Part shown: positions 19,613 through 30,063 of the stretch, in pieces
Layout: the number at the start of each line of letters is the position of its first letter
How positions within the stretch are numbered: the first letter of the stretch is position 1
NCBI GenBank assembly: GCA_963775685.1
Contig: CAVZJV010000014.1
Span: 1,920,001-1,984,000 of the forward strand
Length of the DNA stretch: 64,000 nt
Direction of reading: 5' to 3'
Origin: Candidatus Bathyarchaeota archaeon
GTDB lineage: Archaea; Thermoproteota; Bathyarchaeia; Bathyarchaeales; Bathycorpusculaceae
Notes under the pieces: generated by a model
Seen by the model: only the letters and a program-made list of their open reading frames with translations
Told to the model about the DNA's origin: nothing
Databases searched by the model: none
Position numbers and translations under genes: made by a program

Positions 19613-22003
19613 TTAAGCACTATTCTGCAAGTTTAGCTTGTAAAGTTTTTTCTTTTTGAAATATGCTTGGATTTTGTCTGCTATTTGATAGAGGAAGCTA
19701 CCTATTGCTAGGGCGAAGGCTGGGAATGCTGGCAGAATATACCATGAAAGCTTTGTTTGGGCAATGGTGAACACTAAAAGCACGACGCCTATCCATGTAA
19801 GAAGTAGCGTATCAGCTTTTGAACGCTTAAACAACAAGTTGAACGCGCCAAGCCCAGTTGCGAATGGCAAAAGAATTGCCCACAACCTCTCATTGTTTGC
19901 TAAGTAGCTAAAATAGAACAGGACGCCTCCATTATGACCCTCAAGCGGACTGACGGTTCGCAAAAAGCCGCAGTAAACGACAAACCAACTCCAAAAGTTT
20001 GACCCAAAACTGAGGAACATGTAGATTAGCCAAGGGGCAAGAATTAGAATGCCGATTCCCCAAAAAGTCGTAAAATGCTTTGAAAAAAGAAACCTAACGC
20101 TTTTTCTTGTCACAACAAGATAAGTAAAAACTGTTAATGGAATAAGCAGAGCCTCCACCTGCTTAGTCAACAGCGCCAAACCGAAAAATAAGCCGCCCAA
20201 AACTAAGTTCCGCTTGACATTGACGGCCTTCTCGCTTAACACAAAAAAGTAGATGCTAGCCACAATAAAGAACACAAACGCAACATCCGTCATAGCATGC
20301 CTAGCAAACAAGAAAAACGTTGTGAACGTTCCCAAAGCCAATGCCGAAACAAACCCAACAACACGGTTGTAGAGTTTTTTACCCAAAAAGTAGACAAGAA
20401 GAAGCGTCAAAGTACCAAAAAAGGGGCTCCAAAGCCTTGTAACAACGTTGCTAACCCCAAAAGCTTGGTAGCCAAGAGACATGAGCCACATGTACAGCGG
20501 TGGCTTGCCAATCCAAACCGCCAACCCCCCAAAAGCATAAGGCGTCACATAATCTCCGCTTTTAACCATGTGGTATGCCCATTGCGAATAGGTTTGCTCA
20601 TCAGCAGCCCAAAGCGGTCCACTGCCCAGATTAAAGAAGAAAATCGATGATACAACCAAAATTGCCAAAATGCAAACAACCTCAAAATGCCTTGATAACC
20701 AGGATGTCTTCAAAATTGTGCTGTTGCTAGAATTTAGTTTGGTCTCCCTACTATTTGAATATGCAAAGCGAAGGATTGTGAAAAAAATAATGGCTGCCAC
20801 GACAAAAGCCAAAGAATCAAAAACTATAGTACTCCACCCAGAAATAATGCTTTTTGCCGATTGAAAATGTGGATTATCTGAGGTTAATGTAAAGGCGTAA
20901 ACACAGTAGTCGCTGGAACCAAAGAAGAGGATGCCATTGGCAATAGCTGGTGATGAATCCACATTGTTGCCAGTTGCAATACTCCATTTTTTTGCTCCAT
21001 TTGAAGCGTTAAAACTGTAAATGCTATAGTCTTGAGAACCCACAAACACATTGCCCTCCATAACTGCGGGAGAAGATCGAACCCAAAATCCAGTTGGAGC
21101 CTGCCAAATTTTTGCGCCGTCGGAAGCGTTTAGACAGTAGATGTTGTTATCTTCCGAGCCAACATAAACGCATCCGTAAGCTACAGCTGGAGAAGAGTCC
21201 ACGCAATCATCCGTTTTATACTGCCAAACTTTAAAGCCAGTGGAGGCGTTCAAACAACAGACATAGCCATCGTATGAACCAATGAAGACGCATCCATTAT
21301 ACGCGGTGGGCGAAGAAATAACACTTCCAGTGTGTTGTTTCCAGATTAAGTCACCAGTTGAAGCGTTTAGGGCATAAACATGGAAGTCGTCGGCGGCAAA
21401 GTACACTGCGCCATCTAAGACTGCAGGTGAAGAGTTAACGCGGTTAAGAATTGGAAACTTCCAAACTAAACCGCCGTTAGAAGCATTAAAAGCAAAAAAC
21501 CCGTTTTTCCCAGAACCAACAAAGACAATGCCACCTACCACTGTAGGTGAAGATATGACTTCTCCGCCAACTAGCGAAATCCAAACAGGCATCCCTGTTT
21601 CAATGTCTAAACAGTAAATCCAACCATCATCCGAACCAACATACACTCTTCCCCCAAAGACTGCGGGGGAGGACTCAACTTCAGCGGCAGTTGGAAAATT
21701 CCATATTCGTTGTCCATTAGTGGCGTTGAGGCAGTAAATATTGTAGTCCTTGCTGCCGATAAATAAGTAACCGTCGATGACTGCGGGGGAAGATGCTACT
21801 GGTGAACCTGTCGTATAATTCCAAAGAAGTACCGCAGAATTCGAGGGGTTACTGTCGGTTGTATAGCCGCTGTGGTTTGGGTCATGGCGGAACTCATTCC
21901 AGTTGTCGGTGTTGGAACTGGCGCTGGCAACTGAGGCAACTGCCAGAGATTGTGTCACGGTTAGGAAGATGAGCGCGATTAGTGTCAGGTTGTGTTTTCT
22001 CAT
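19613..22003 (-). CDS. Fusion: PQQ/BamB-like beta-propeller plus ArnT/PMT-type (GT-C) membrane glycosyltransferase
   Basis: Signal peptide, ~8 SSPAVxxGxVyvGSxD repeats; then WAADEQTY, GKPPLYMW, RLWS, ARHAMTD, LALLTK, TKLSWYILP. Confidence 0.85.
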   Translation of the reverse strand: MRKHNLTLIALIFLTVTQSLAVASVASASSNTDNWNEFRHDPNHSGYTTDSNPSNSAVLLWNYTTGSPVASSPAVIDGYLFIGSKDYNIYCLNATNGQRIWNFPTAAEVESSPAVFGGRVYVGSDDGWIYCLDIETGMPVWISLVGGEVISSPTVVGGIVFVGSGKNGFFAFNASNGGLVWKFPILNRVNSSPAVLDGAVYFAADDFHVYALNASTGDLIWKQHTGSVISSPTAYNGCVFIGSYDGYVCCLNASTGFKVWQYKTDDCVDSSPAVAYGCVYVGSEDNNIYCLNASDGAKIWQAPTGFWVRSSPAVMEGNVFVGSQDYSIYSFNASNGAKKWSIATGNNVDSSPAIANGILFFGSSDYCVYAFTLTSDNPHFQSAKSIISGWSTIVFDSLAFVVAAIIFFTILRFAYSNSRETKLNSSNSTILKTSWLSRHFEVVCILAILVVSSIFFFNLGSGPLWAADEQTYSQWAYHMVKSGDYVTPYAFGGLAVWIGKPPLYMWLMSLGYQAFGVSNVVTRLWSPFFGTLTLLLVYFLGKKLYNRVVGFVSALALGTFTTFFLFARHAMTDVAFVFFIVASIYFFVLSEKAVNVKRNLVLGGLFFGLALLTKQVEALLIPLTVFTYLVVTRKSVRFLFSKHFTTFWGIGILILAPWLIYMFLSFGSNFWSWFVVYCGFLRTVSPLEGHNGGVLFYFSYLANNERLWAILLPFATGLGAFNLLFKRSKADTLLLTWIGVVLLVFTIAQTKLSWYILPAFPAFALAIGSFLYQIADKIQAYFKKKKLYKLNLQNSA

Positions 22004-22221
22004 ATCTGCCCTATCCCCAAACCCCTAATCAACAATCAGTTTTTAGGATATATTAAATTATTGAACTCCAAGGAATCACAAGGGCAGGTCTCAAAACTTC
22101 CTTGCTCAAACTGAAGAAGAAACCTCGGAGACATAATGATTAGTTACTTTATACAACGGGTAGGAAGATATGTTTTTTTAACCAAAGGTATGCTATTAAC
22201 AAAATGGGAATGAAAGGTTGT

Positions 22222-22905
22222 TTATTCTCTGCTTGAAAGTACTATGATGTAGTCTGCTGTGTCAGCACACATGTCGGCTGCTTGCTCGATGAACTCGATT
22301 AAATCGTCAAAGATAACCATAGCACCACAATTGATTGTTTCTCCATACTTTACGAATAGGCTCTTGGATTTGAGGTATTCAACGTCGATGGCATGTTCGA
22401 TGTCGCCGACTGCTTTGGCTTCTCTTATGGCTTCGTTGGGGTTAGATGAGATTTTCTCTATTGCACCTCTGAGGGTTTGAGCGGTTTCAACTAGTTTTGA
22501 GGTCATGAAAACAGTTTTCTCTGTGAGTTCTTTAGGAATGTCTGCTTCGCCGAGCATTTCAAGGCATCTGGCTGCGTCTTTGGTGTGGTCTGCCAATGTG
22601 TCTAACCGCTTAACTAAGTGCAATAGATCCTCCCGGTAATCGGCAACCAACGCTGCACCCTTAGATAACTCCATAAATACATCTGTACGAAGTGTGTCAA
22701 CTTCCTCTTCAGCTTTGTAGAGATTTTCAATGTATTTTCTGGCTTCTTTAAAGTTCTTTTCTGAGAAGCTTTTGGTTGCTTTATGTAGCCATGTCACCGT
22801 GTCAAAGGCTTTTGTTATCTGGTCATGGGCAAGTTCTAAGCCCCTGGTTTTGCGGCGTTGCTCAAACCAATCGTAACTTTTCTTTTCCACCAACACCATC
22901 TCCAA
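22222..22905 (-). CDS. DUF47 / PhoU-like phosphate transport regulator
   Basis: EEEVDTLR, REDLLHLVKRLDTLAD, IEQAADMCADTAD. Confidence 0.85.
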   Translation of the reverse strand: MEMVLVEKKSYDWFEQRRKTRGLELAHDQITKAFDTVTWLHKATKSFSEKNFKEARKYIENLYKAEEEVDTLRTDVFMELSKGAALVADYREDLLHLVKRLDTLADHTKDAARCLEMLGEADIPKELTEKTVFMTSKLVETAQTLRGAIEKISSNPNEAIREAKAVGDIEHAIDVEYLKSKSLFVKYGETINCGAMVIFDDLIEFIEQAADMCADTADYIIVLSSRE

Positions 22906-23549
22906 ATTTAATTAACAATAAGATTTGCTTCCAAATATAACCCTTCTCTTAGTTTGGTAGTCAAGCCTAATATGTCTCTGGTGGTTTGCTCTCCGAAAAA
23001 CGCATTGGGGGTTCTTGTTTAATCGAATGTTCACATCAATCGCCAAGAGCCAATCTAAAAGATCAGCCTTCTTGGCTGATGCTTCTTTTTTATATCTCTT
23101 TTTTTGCTCCACCATTGTGCTCCCTTCAACAACATTTAATACTATATGTGGTCAAAGTGCCATGTAGCTTCAGATTTTACTTGGTGTTTTTTCTGTCTTT
23201 TTGATACTTTCAGGTTAACGGCTACAATATCAACAATAGCAGGATTGATAACAAAACCAGGACCAAAAACGGAAGACTCAGAAGTTGTTGTTGCTGTTGT
23301 TGTTGCAACTGCCCCTTGCATAATAGTTGCAACAATCACAGAATTCAAACCCGAATTAAACAGCTTCCCCTTCATTGAAAGACAACTCTTACCCATAACT
23401 GAGTGAAATTTCGTAAATGTCCCTCCTTCTTCAACGAGTAAGCACACATGGCTCTTTCATACTTTCTCTGTTTTGATAAGACTCTTTTTTCTGCCCTATT
23501 TACTATCTCCAAATAATCTATAGAGAGCAATTTATTCTATAGTGGCTTT

Positions 23550-24476
23550 CTAGTTTTCTAAAACCGTTTTCGCCAACGCGATCTTATCGTCTAAATTCTT
23601 CATTATTATATTGGTTGTTTTAACGTTAATTCCTAGCTGTTCAATCTTGCCCTTTGAAGCCCCATCTCTTTTGTCAATAACAAATGTATCAAGAAAATCA
23701 GAGTAAAACTCTGCAACTCCGTATGCTGAAACTTCTATGCCTAAACAACGCAACATCTTATCTGCAGGACCCTTAATGGGCAAACCTGCAACAATAGGAC
23801 TTATCCCAACTATCTTCGCTTTTGTTTGCTTCAACGCGTCCCTTACGCCATGAACTGACAGAATTGTCCCGATGCTAACCACAGGATTGCTCGGGCAAAC
23901 AACGATCATTTCGGCATCCAAAATTGAATCTAAAACTCCCGGGGAAGGCTTCGCAGTGGCGGCGCCTACAAATTCTACGTCTAAAACATCATCTTTGCAT
24001 TGCCTTTTGACAAAATATTCCTCAAAATGCATTGACCCAACGCTTGTTTTTATTCTGGTTTCAAAGTTGTCGTTGGACATGGGCAAAATCTTAACTTTAA
24101 GCCCTAAACTTTGGCAAACCTCACCTGTGATTTGAGTGAGCGTAGAGCCCTGCTTTAAGCGGTAGGTTCGGTAAATGTGGGTTGCTAAATCACTGTCGCC
24201 CAAGCCAAACCAGGTGTCTAAACCGTGTTTTTTGAGCATATCTAAGCAGTGGAACGTGTCGTCCCTAATTCCCCAGCCCTTCTCCTCATCTACAATGCCA
24301 GCCAATGTGTAAGTGACAATGTCAATGTCGGGTGAGATGTGTAGACCGAACAAATCGATATCATCGCCAGTGTTTACGATAACTGCCATGTCTTCCTCTC
24401 TAACAAGTCGGGTCAAACCTGCTAGGAATCTGGCCGCGCCAACTCCACCCGCCAAAGCCGCAATCACTGATGGCAA
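23550..24476 (-). CDS. cofD: 2-phospho-L-lactate transferase (F420 biosynthesis)
   Basis: LAGGVGAARF, VNTGDD, GLHISPDID, HFEEYFV, PSNPVVSI, KGPADK; start assumed at TTG. Confidence 0.93.
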   Translation of the reverse strand: MPSVIAALAGGVGAARFLAGLTRLVREEDMAVIVNTGDDIDLFGLHISPDIDIVTYTLAGIVDEEKGWGIRDDTFHCLDMLKKHGLDTWFGLGDSDLATHIYRTYRLKQGSTLTQITGEVCQSLGLKVKILPMSNDNFETRIKTSVGSMHFEEYFVKRQCKDDVLDVEFVGAATAKPSPGVLDSILDAEMIVVCPSNPVVSIGTILSVHGVRDALKQTKAKIVGISPIVAGLPIKGPADKMLRCLGIEVSAYGVAEFYSDFLDTFVIDKRDGASKGKIEQLGINVKTTNIIMKNLDDKIALAKTVLEN

Positions 24477-24484
24477 CGTCCAGT

Positions 24485-24952
24485 TCAGGGATGATGACTT
24501 TCTTTTTCTGAAACCCAATACTCTGATACATTGCCCTGCTTTGTGATTATATGCTCTTTTTTGAAAACAGGTACTTCGCTCTTGTACCTCTCAACGGCTT
24601 CCCTTAAGACCGAAAAAACTTCTGTTCGGTGTGCGCCTGCAACTGCAACGTAAACCAAGTCATCACCAACCTTGAATTCGCCAAGCAAATGGTGAATTTG
24701 AACGTTCACAATTCCCGGTTTGTCCGATAATTCTTCGCTTATATTTGCGAGGACTTGGTCAGCTTTTTCCTCGTAAGCTTCAATTGTGAGTCCTTTAACC
24801 GTCTCTTTTTCCGACTCGAGTGTTTCCCCTCGTACCACACCGATGAAAAGTCCAATTGCGCCTGCTTTTGAGTAGTTGGGATCTTTTTTGATATTGTCTA
24901 TTACATCTTGGGCATTGAAGGTTCCTTTTTCATGTACACCTGCATTGGTCAA
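24485..24952 (-). CDS. moaE: Molybdopterin synthase catalytic subunit
   Basis: GAIGLFIGVVR, AHRTE, PVFKKE. Confidence 0.9.
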   Translation of the reverse strand: MTNAGVHEKGTFNAQDVIDNIKKDPNYSKAGAIGLFIGVVRGETLESEKETVKGLTIEAYEEKADQVLANISEELSDKPGIVNVQIHHLLGEFKVGDDLVYVAVAGAHRTEVFSVLREAVERYKSEVPVFKKEHIITKQGNVSEYWVSEKESHHP

Positions 24953-25044
24953 AACTTGAGCTCTCCCGAATAGAAAATACTAAAGATCCTGTCTAAAACT
25001 GTTTACGGTTAAAAAATGGAAAATAAAAAAATTAATAATTTTGC

Positions 25045-25689
25045 TTATGGTGATGTTGCTATAACAGGCGCCGGTGTTGCTTCACTTGGCGTTTCTGGCA
25101 GTTTTGCTGGTGCAGAGATGAGCTTGGATTTTCTTATACCAACGTGTCTTAGCGGTGCAACGAGTTTGGCTTGGTTGTAAATGTCTGAGGCGATTTTTCC
25201 AAGGACCATTTCTTGAACGAACTGATCAAGTGTTAATGCAGCGGCTTTTTCCTTGATTGTTTTTTCCATCATGTTACGGATGATTTTTTCCTGTGAAGTC
25301 TTTATTCTTGAAAGTGTCAGGGCTGAAACGGAAATTCTGAGCTTGAAACCGTCTTTTGTTGTCAGGTTGAATAAGCCATCTACTTTGGTGGTTCTTCTTC
25401 TAACTAGGCTGCGAAGGTAGTCTCTTGAGTATTCGTGACCCTTGAAGAGTGTTCTAGCGGATTTTCCTTCAATCTCATTTATCTGAAAGAACATTTTTAG
25501 GTAATGATGAGAAAAGTCCCCTGTAATGTCATATAGAGTTGCTTCGACAACTCTGCCAATCATCTGTTCTTCTTCTTGTGCAGGTATCGAACCTAAATCT
25601 ATGTTACCAAAGAACGAAGGCGCAACTACCATATACCATGATTTTCCACGCCATTTATCGCGAATATGCTTTGTTGATTTTGAAGACAA
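25045..25689 (-). CDS. rps3ae: 30S ribosomal protein S3Ae (eS1)
   Basis: RDKWRGKSWY, GHEYSRDYLRSLVRR, IRKSK. Confidence 0.95.
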   Translation of the reverse strand: MSSKSTKHIRDKWRGKSWYMVVAPSFFGNIDLGSIPAQEEEQMIGRVVEATLYDITGDFSHHYLKMFFQINEIEGKSARTLFKGHEYSRDYLRSLVRRRTTKVDGLFNLTTKDGFKLRISVSALTLSRIKTSQEKIIRNMMEKTIKEKAAALTLDQFVQEMVLGKIASDIYNQAKLVAPLRHVGIRKSKLISAPAKLPETPSEATPAPVIATSP

Positions 25690-25739
25690 ACTTATTTCTC
25701 CAAACGTGCCACAACATTCTCAAAGAAATATTAAAAGGT

Positions 25740-27038
25740 TTAGCGTTTTTTGTATATTTTCTCTCTGTTACCCATGTACTTTCTCAACACTTCAGGCACA
25801 TTTATTGTTCCATCTGCATTCTGGTTGTTTTCAAGTAGAGCAACAATGGTTCTTCCTGTGGCAATGGCTGTTGAATTCAGAGTGTGGACGAAGCCTTTGG
25901 GTGGTGCGCCTTCTTTTTCTCGATACTTTATTCCCAATCGTCTGCCTTGGTAATCCGTGCAGTTGCTACAAGAAACCACTTCACGATAACCATTCTGCGC
26001 CGACATCCACGCTTCAATATCATACTTTTTTGCCGCAACTGTACCGATGTCGCCTGTGCAAACGTTAACAACTTGGTAGGCTAAGCCAAGTTTTTGCATG
26101 ATTCCTTCAGCATTCTCTAAGAGTTCTTCATGGAGTTTTGATGAGTCTTCCGGTTTACAGAAAACAAATTGCTCAATTTTGTTGAATTGGTGCGTGCGGA
26201 AGATTCCTCGTGTATCTTTGCCGTGCGCCCCTGCCTCTTTTCGGAAACATGTGCTAATGCCCGCGAGTTTAACTGGCATATCTTGTTCTTTTAGGGTTTC
26301 GTTCATGAGCATCGCTGCCATTGGATGCTCGGATGTGGCAATCATGTAGAGGTCTTCGCCTTCTACTTTGTAGAGGACATCGCCAAAGTCGCCAAGTGAA
26401 GTTACTCCTTCGTATGCTTCCTTCTTCATCATGTAGGGTGGAACTATAGGTGTGTAATCTTTCTGTGAAAGTTCTTCGATGGCAAAGCACATTAATGCCA
26501 TATCGAGCATAGCGACTTCGTTTTTAAGGTAGAAGAACCTTGCACCGCTGACTTTCCCAGCGCGTTCCATGTCGATTTGGTCTAATTCGAGTGCTAAGTC
26601 AATGTGATTTTTTATGGGAAAAGAGAACTGTGGGATTGTTCCCCAAGTTTTTACCTGCACGTTGTCATTTGAGTCTTTTCCCTGCGGAACTGAATCATCC
26701 AGCAAGTTCGGTAACCACAAAAGGTAATCATGGATTTTCTGTTCTTGGTCAACGACTTGTTTTTCTGTTAGTTTTATTTTCTGGTCAATACCCTGTGCTC
26801 TTGTGAATTCGTCTGTAGCTTCTTTTCCTGACTTTTTTAGTTTAGCGATTTCTATAGTTACCAGTTTTCTGTCATGGCGCATCTCGTTTAGTTTTGTGTT
26901 GTTCAAACGCCACTCTTTGTCTAAGGCAATCAATTCGTCGAGTATCTGGAGGGCTTCTGGGTTGCCACGCTTCGCCAAATTAGCCTTCACAAATTCAGGG
27001 TTCTCGCGGATAAGCTTGATATCTAACATTAATCTCAC
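25740..27038 (-). CDS. serS: Serine--tRNA ligase
   Basis: MLDIKLIREN, ATSEHP, FRKEAG, HQFNKIEQF, REVVSCSNC, HTLNST. Confidence 0.97.
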   Translation of the reverse strand: MRLMLDIKLIRENPEFVKANLAKRGNPEALQILDELIALDKEWRLNNTKLNEMRHDRKLVTIEIAKLKKSGKEATDEFTRAQGIDQKIKLTEKQVVDQEQKIHDYLLWLPNLLDDSVPQGKDSNDNVQVKTWGTIPQFSFPIKNHIDLALELDQIDMERAGKVSGARFFYLKNEVAMLDMALMCFAIEELSQKDYTPIVPPYMMKKEAYEGVTSLGDFGDVLYKVEGEDLYMIATSEHPMAAMLMNETLKEQDMPVKLAGISTCFRKEAGAHGKDTRGIFRTHQFNKIEQFVFCKPEDSSKLHEELLENAEGIMQKLGLAYQVVNVCTGDIGTVAAKKYDIEAWMSAQNGYREVVSCSNCTDYQGRRLGIKYREKEGAPPKGFVHTLNSTAIATGRTIVALLENNQNADGTINVPEVLRKYMGNREKIYKKR

Positions 27039-27561
27039 ACGGAATAATCCTGTACTAACAAAATCAGTTATTTAACTTTACGATGTCAACAACAACTCAA
27101 TCGGAGGTCACAGCCCTCTGTTGCTCAATAAAATCTATAGAGCCTTCATTTAACGTAAATTAAATCTTCATGGAATAAAGGACAGTTTTCTTGTATCAAT
27201 TTCCTTGACTTTTGACTTCAATCAGTAAATTCTACGGGGTAAGTTGGTATGAAATCTGGTGCTTCTCTTTCAGGTTTCATATTCGTTTGTTCTTCTTCTT
27301 GCGGTTCTTTCTCGTAGGCCCTCCTCAAAAGTATGGGCGCCAAAACAGTCGTTACCATAATCATGAGAAAACCAAAATGCAGATGGTTACTATTGCCCTC
27401 ATCACCAATCTAAAGCCAAAGCTATTCCTTTTTATTTAAAGGACACAAGCGATTAATATTTAACTTCGTTTACAAAAAATGATTTTTCTAGCATGTAAAA
27501 AATTTAAAAAGAATCCAAAAAATGGAAGAATAGAGGTGTGGGTTCTAATTAATAATCCAGT

Positions 27562-27852
27562 TTATTTTTTGATTAGAGTTATCTCCATTGTGGAAACCAT
27601 TCTGGACTTGCTCTCTCCCTCACGAGGTGGCATCTCGACTGTTCCGATGGCAATCTTGCTAACTTTAAGGTCTTTAACAAAACGGTTTCTTGTGATTTCA
27701 GCTACGTCAACAGCGGTGGTTATGGCTTGACCTCTTGCTTTCAGGGTAATTTCTTTTAGATTTCCTGCTGAGAGGCTCGTGATGATTGCCAGAACATAAC
27801 TCATTGGAGGTTTGTTTCCTACGAAGATAACATCTGCATTCTTTTCTGTCAT
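27562..27852 (-). CDS. albA: DNA/RNA-binding protein Alba
   Basis: VGNKPPMSYV, LKARGQAITTAVDVAE; RBS GGAG upstream of the ATG at 27852. Confidence 0.95.
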   Translation of the reverse strand: MTEKNADVIFVGNKPPMSYVLAIITSLSAGNLKEITLKARGQAITTAVDVAEITRNRFVKDLKVSKIAIGTVEMPPREGESKSRMVSTMEITLIKK

Positions 27853-28051
27853 TTTATTTCTCCTATATGTTGCTTCGTGTAACGTTGCTGGTGTGCGCTT
27901 TGTTGCACAACAGAACGTCAAGGGCAAAATATGCAGATTCTTCCTTATAAGTCGATTGAAAAGGCACCCTTCGACAAACAAAATGTTCAACAAATAGGTA
28001 AGAAAGGCTTTTCTATAGCCATTCATTATTGAGCAATAACACCTGTTCCAG

Positions 28052-28681
28052 TTGATAGTACAATTGCTAACTAAACTGAAGAAGAAAGTCCAAGAAATGC
28101 TCACCACCGAAGCTAAAATTGCCCACAAGTTAGGTTTTTCTCCTAACGGCATAAGCATTGTTGGCTTCATCTTGGCATTTGTTGCCGCACTTTCTTATGC
28201 CTTAACTTCAGTCCAGCAACATTGGCTTCTCATTTTAGCTGTAATTTTCCTTTTAGCTTCTGGGTTTTGTGACACTTTAGACGGCATAGTTGCTCGAACC
28301 TTTGGGCAAACAACCGTTTTCGGAGGTTTTTTTGATTCAGTTTTAGACAGATACGCGGATGCTGCAGTCTACGCAGCCATAATCCTCGCTGGCTTATGCA
28401 ATCAAATTTGGGGCTTAGCCGCTTTAGTGGGCTCCATACTAGTTAGCTATACCCGCGCAAGAGCAGAAGCAGCAGGATTAAAAATGGAGTCAGTGGGTTT
28501 CGCTGAACGAGCAGAACGTATGCTTATCTTGGCAGGAGCATCCATAATCGCATTCTGGTGGCTTCCAGCCTTAAACTACGGCATAATCCTATTGGCCATA
28601 ATATCAAATATAACAGTTATACAAAGAGCTCTATATGTTTACAAAACATTAAAGAAAAAAAGCAGCAGTATAGCCGCTTAA
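28052..28681 (+). CDS. CDP-alcohol phosphatidyltransferase (archaetidylinositol phosphate synthase-like)
   Basis: DTLDGIVAR...GGFFDSVLDRYAD, SYTRARAE. Confidence 0.88.
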   Translation: MIVQLLTKLKKKVQEMLTTEAKIAHKLGFSPNGISIVGFILAFVAALSYALTSVQQHWLLILAVIFLLASGFCDTLDGIVARTFGQTTVFGGFFDSVLDRYADAAVYAAIILAGLCNQIWGLAALVGSILVSYTRARAEAAGLKMESVGFAERAERMLILAGASIIAFWWLPALNYGIILLAIISNITVIQRALYVYKTLKKKSSSIAA

Positions 28682-28971
28682 TACCTTCTCTTATAACCTT
28701 TTGAGTGTCTTTCGTTTTCGGCGCGAACCTTAACGATGCCGCGGTGAACCGCACAAGAGATACAATAGAATTTTGTGTCTACCCACGAGGCTAGATATGT
28801 GCCGCTTTGCCTGAGCTCTTTAGCTAATTGCGGCTCAACAAAAGATACGCGGCGAGTGGAGCGTTTTGCTTTATCTCGTGGCACCGAAGCCCCGCAATTT
28901 GCGCATTGAACTAAAGTGCTGCTTCCTTTGCTTCCTTTTGATCTTCCTCGGCTTTTTCGTTTAACGGGCAT
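28678..28971 (-). CDS. rps26e: 30S ribosomal protein S26e (eS26)
   Basis: KRKSRGRSKG, CANCGASVPRDKA, YCISCAVH. Confidence 0.95.
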   Translation of the reverse strand: MPVKRKSRGRSKGSKGSSTLVQCANCGASVPRDKAKRSTRRVSFVEPQLAKELRQSGTYLASWVDTKFYCISCAVHRGIVKVRAENERHSKGYKRRY

Positions 28972-29021
28972 TATTTTGACCTCTTATCTTTTCTAACATT
29001 CCATTTATTAACTTAACTATC

Positions 29022-29909
29022 TTATATATCTGACCTTAATTTTAGCAGAGAAGCAATGTTTGCGTTCTGAGTTATCTGGGGAACAATTTTTCCATCGGGC
29101 GAAGTCATTAGAGTTGTAACTCCTGGACCGTGACCCGCAGTTACACAGTTTGTATGAACAACCACCCCCACAGATACCGCGCCTTGACGGTAAATTCTAC
29201 CAAACGAGTGGTCAGCGTCAATGATGGCAACTAAATCGCCAAGCCTCAAATTTCCAAGCCCATATTGATCAATGACTGCCTCATCGAACAGTTGAATATC
29301 GTAGTCACCAGAGTTAACTTGGTTTGCGCCTAACCCTGAACCCATAATCGCTGCGGGTACAATATGCGTAACAGGCACCTCAATCTTGGCACCGTTGGAC
29401 CTGGGATTCCAGGCCTCAAGCAAGCGTGGATCAACATTGAGTACTTTGATTTCTGGGAAATCCAAAAGCTTCAAACCAGTTCCATAAGCTTTGACAAGAA
29501 TTCTGTCGCCAAGTAAAAGGTTCTCTAAAACCTCAGAGGGAAAATCTACTAAAACATGCTCTATTCCTCCATGTTTACCTGTGATGACGCCTTTAGCTCC
29601 TTTCGCGTTTCCTGTCGCTACGGTTGCAGTGTTTCCAACACATGAGAGAACGTTGAAGGCAGTGTTGGCGGCTTGTCCGGAACGGGGATCATTTTCTTTG
29701 TTTTCCACACTAACGCAAGGCTCTACATGGTCTGCTTCCCATCCGCACGCTGGGTCTCCGACTCGTACGTTATAGGTTATGCCACCTACCCCTGGAAGCA
29801 CTATAGGTTTTCCCGTAGCAGAAATGTTGTATACTGAGCGTATGGTTGGGCTGGCAATTTCGCCCATAACTGAGATTTTTATTAATCTTTCAGCGTTTGT
29901 TTTAAGCAT
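29022..29909 (-). CDS. DUF4438-like protein
   Basis: PGVGGITYNV, DHVEP, GKHGG, MGSG, DYDI, GHGPG; family recalled from motifs. Confidence 0.75.
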   Translation of the reverse strand: MLKTNAERLIKISVMGEIASPTIRSVYNISATGKPIVLPGVGGITYNVRVGDPACGWEADHVEPCVSVENKENDPRSGQAANTAFNVLSCVGNTATVATGNAKGAKGVITGKHGGIEHVLVDFPSEVLENLLLGDRILVKAYGTGLKLLDFPEIKVLNVDPRLLEAWNPRSNGAKIEVPVTHIVPAAIMGSGLGANQVNSGDYDIQLFDEAVIDQYGLGNLRLGDLVAIIDADHSFGRIYRQGAVSVGVVVHTNCVTAGHGPGVTTLMTSPDGKIVPQITQNANIASLLKLRSDI

Positions 29910-30063
29910 AAATGTTCCTCTTTGGGCTTGTGGTCTATCCCTGGAGGGTAATAAAAACTTCATGGTGTCTTTTTTGGATTTAAGCAACTCTTAAATTATG
30001 CCCTTCTTTTATGTTCACATAGAAGAAGCTAAGCTAACTAAAATTGTGGGGAGCGAATTAACC

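Noticed and set aside
20900-21830. ~120-bp imperfect tandem repeats
   Set aside because: Explained by the protein's beta-propeller blades
25526-26806. Many antisense ORFs here and across the window
   Set aside because: Shadow frames of well-supported genes on the opposite strand
27212-27439. 75-aa ORF between serS and alba
   Set aside because: Atypical composition with no motif; cannot be supported as a gene
27853-28170. Long N-terminal extension of Alba in the ORF track
   Set aside because: An RBS and the family start point to the ATG at 27852; the extension overlaps the promoter and the neighbouring gene
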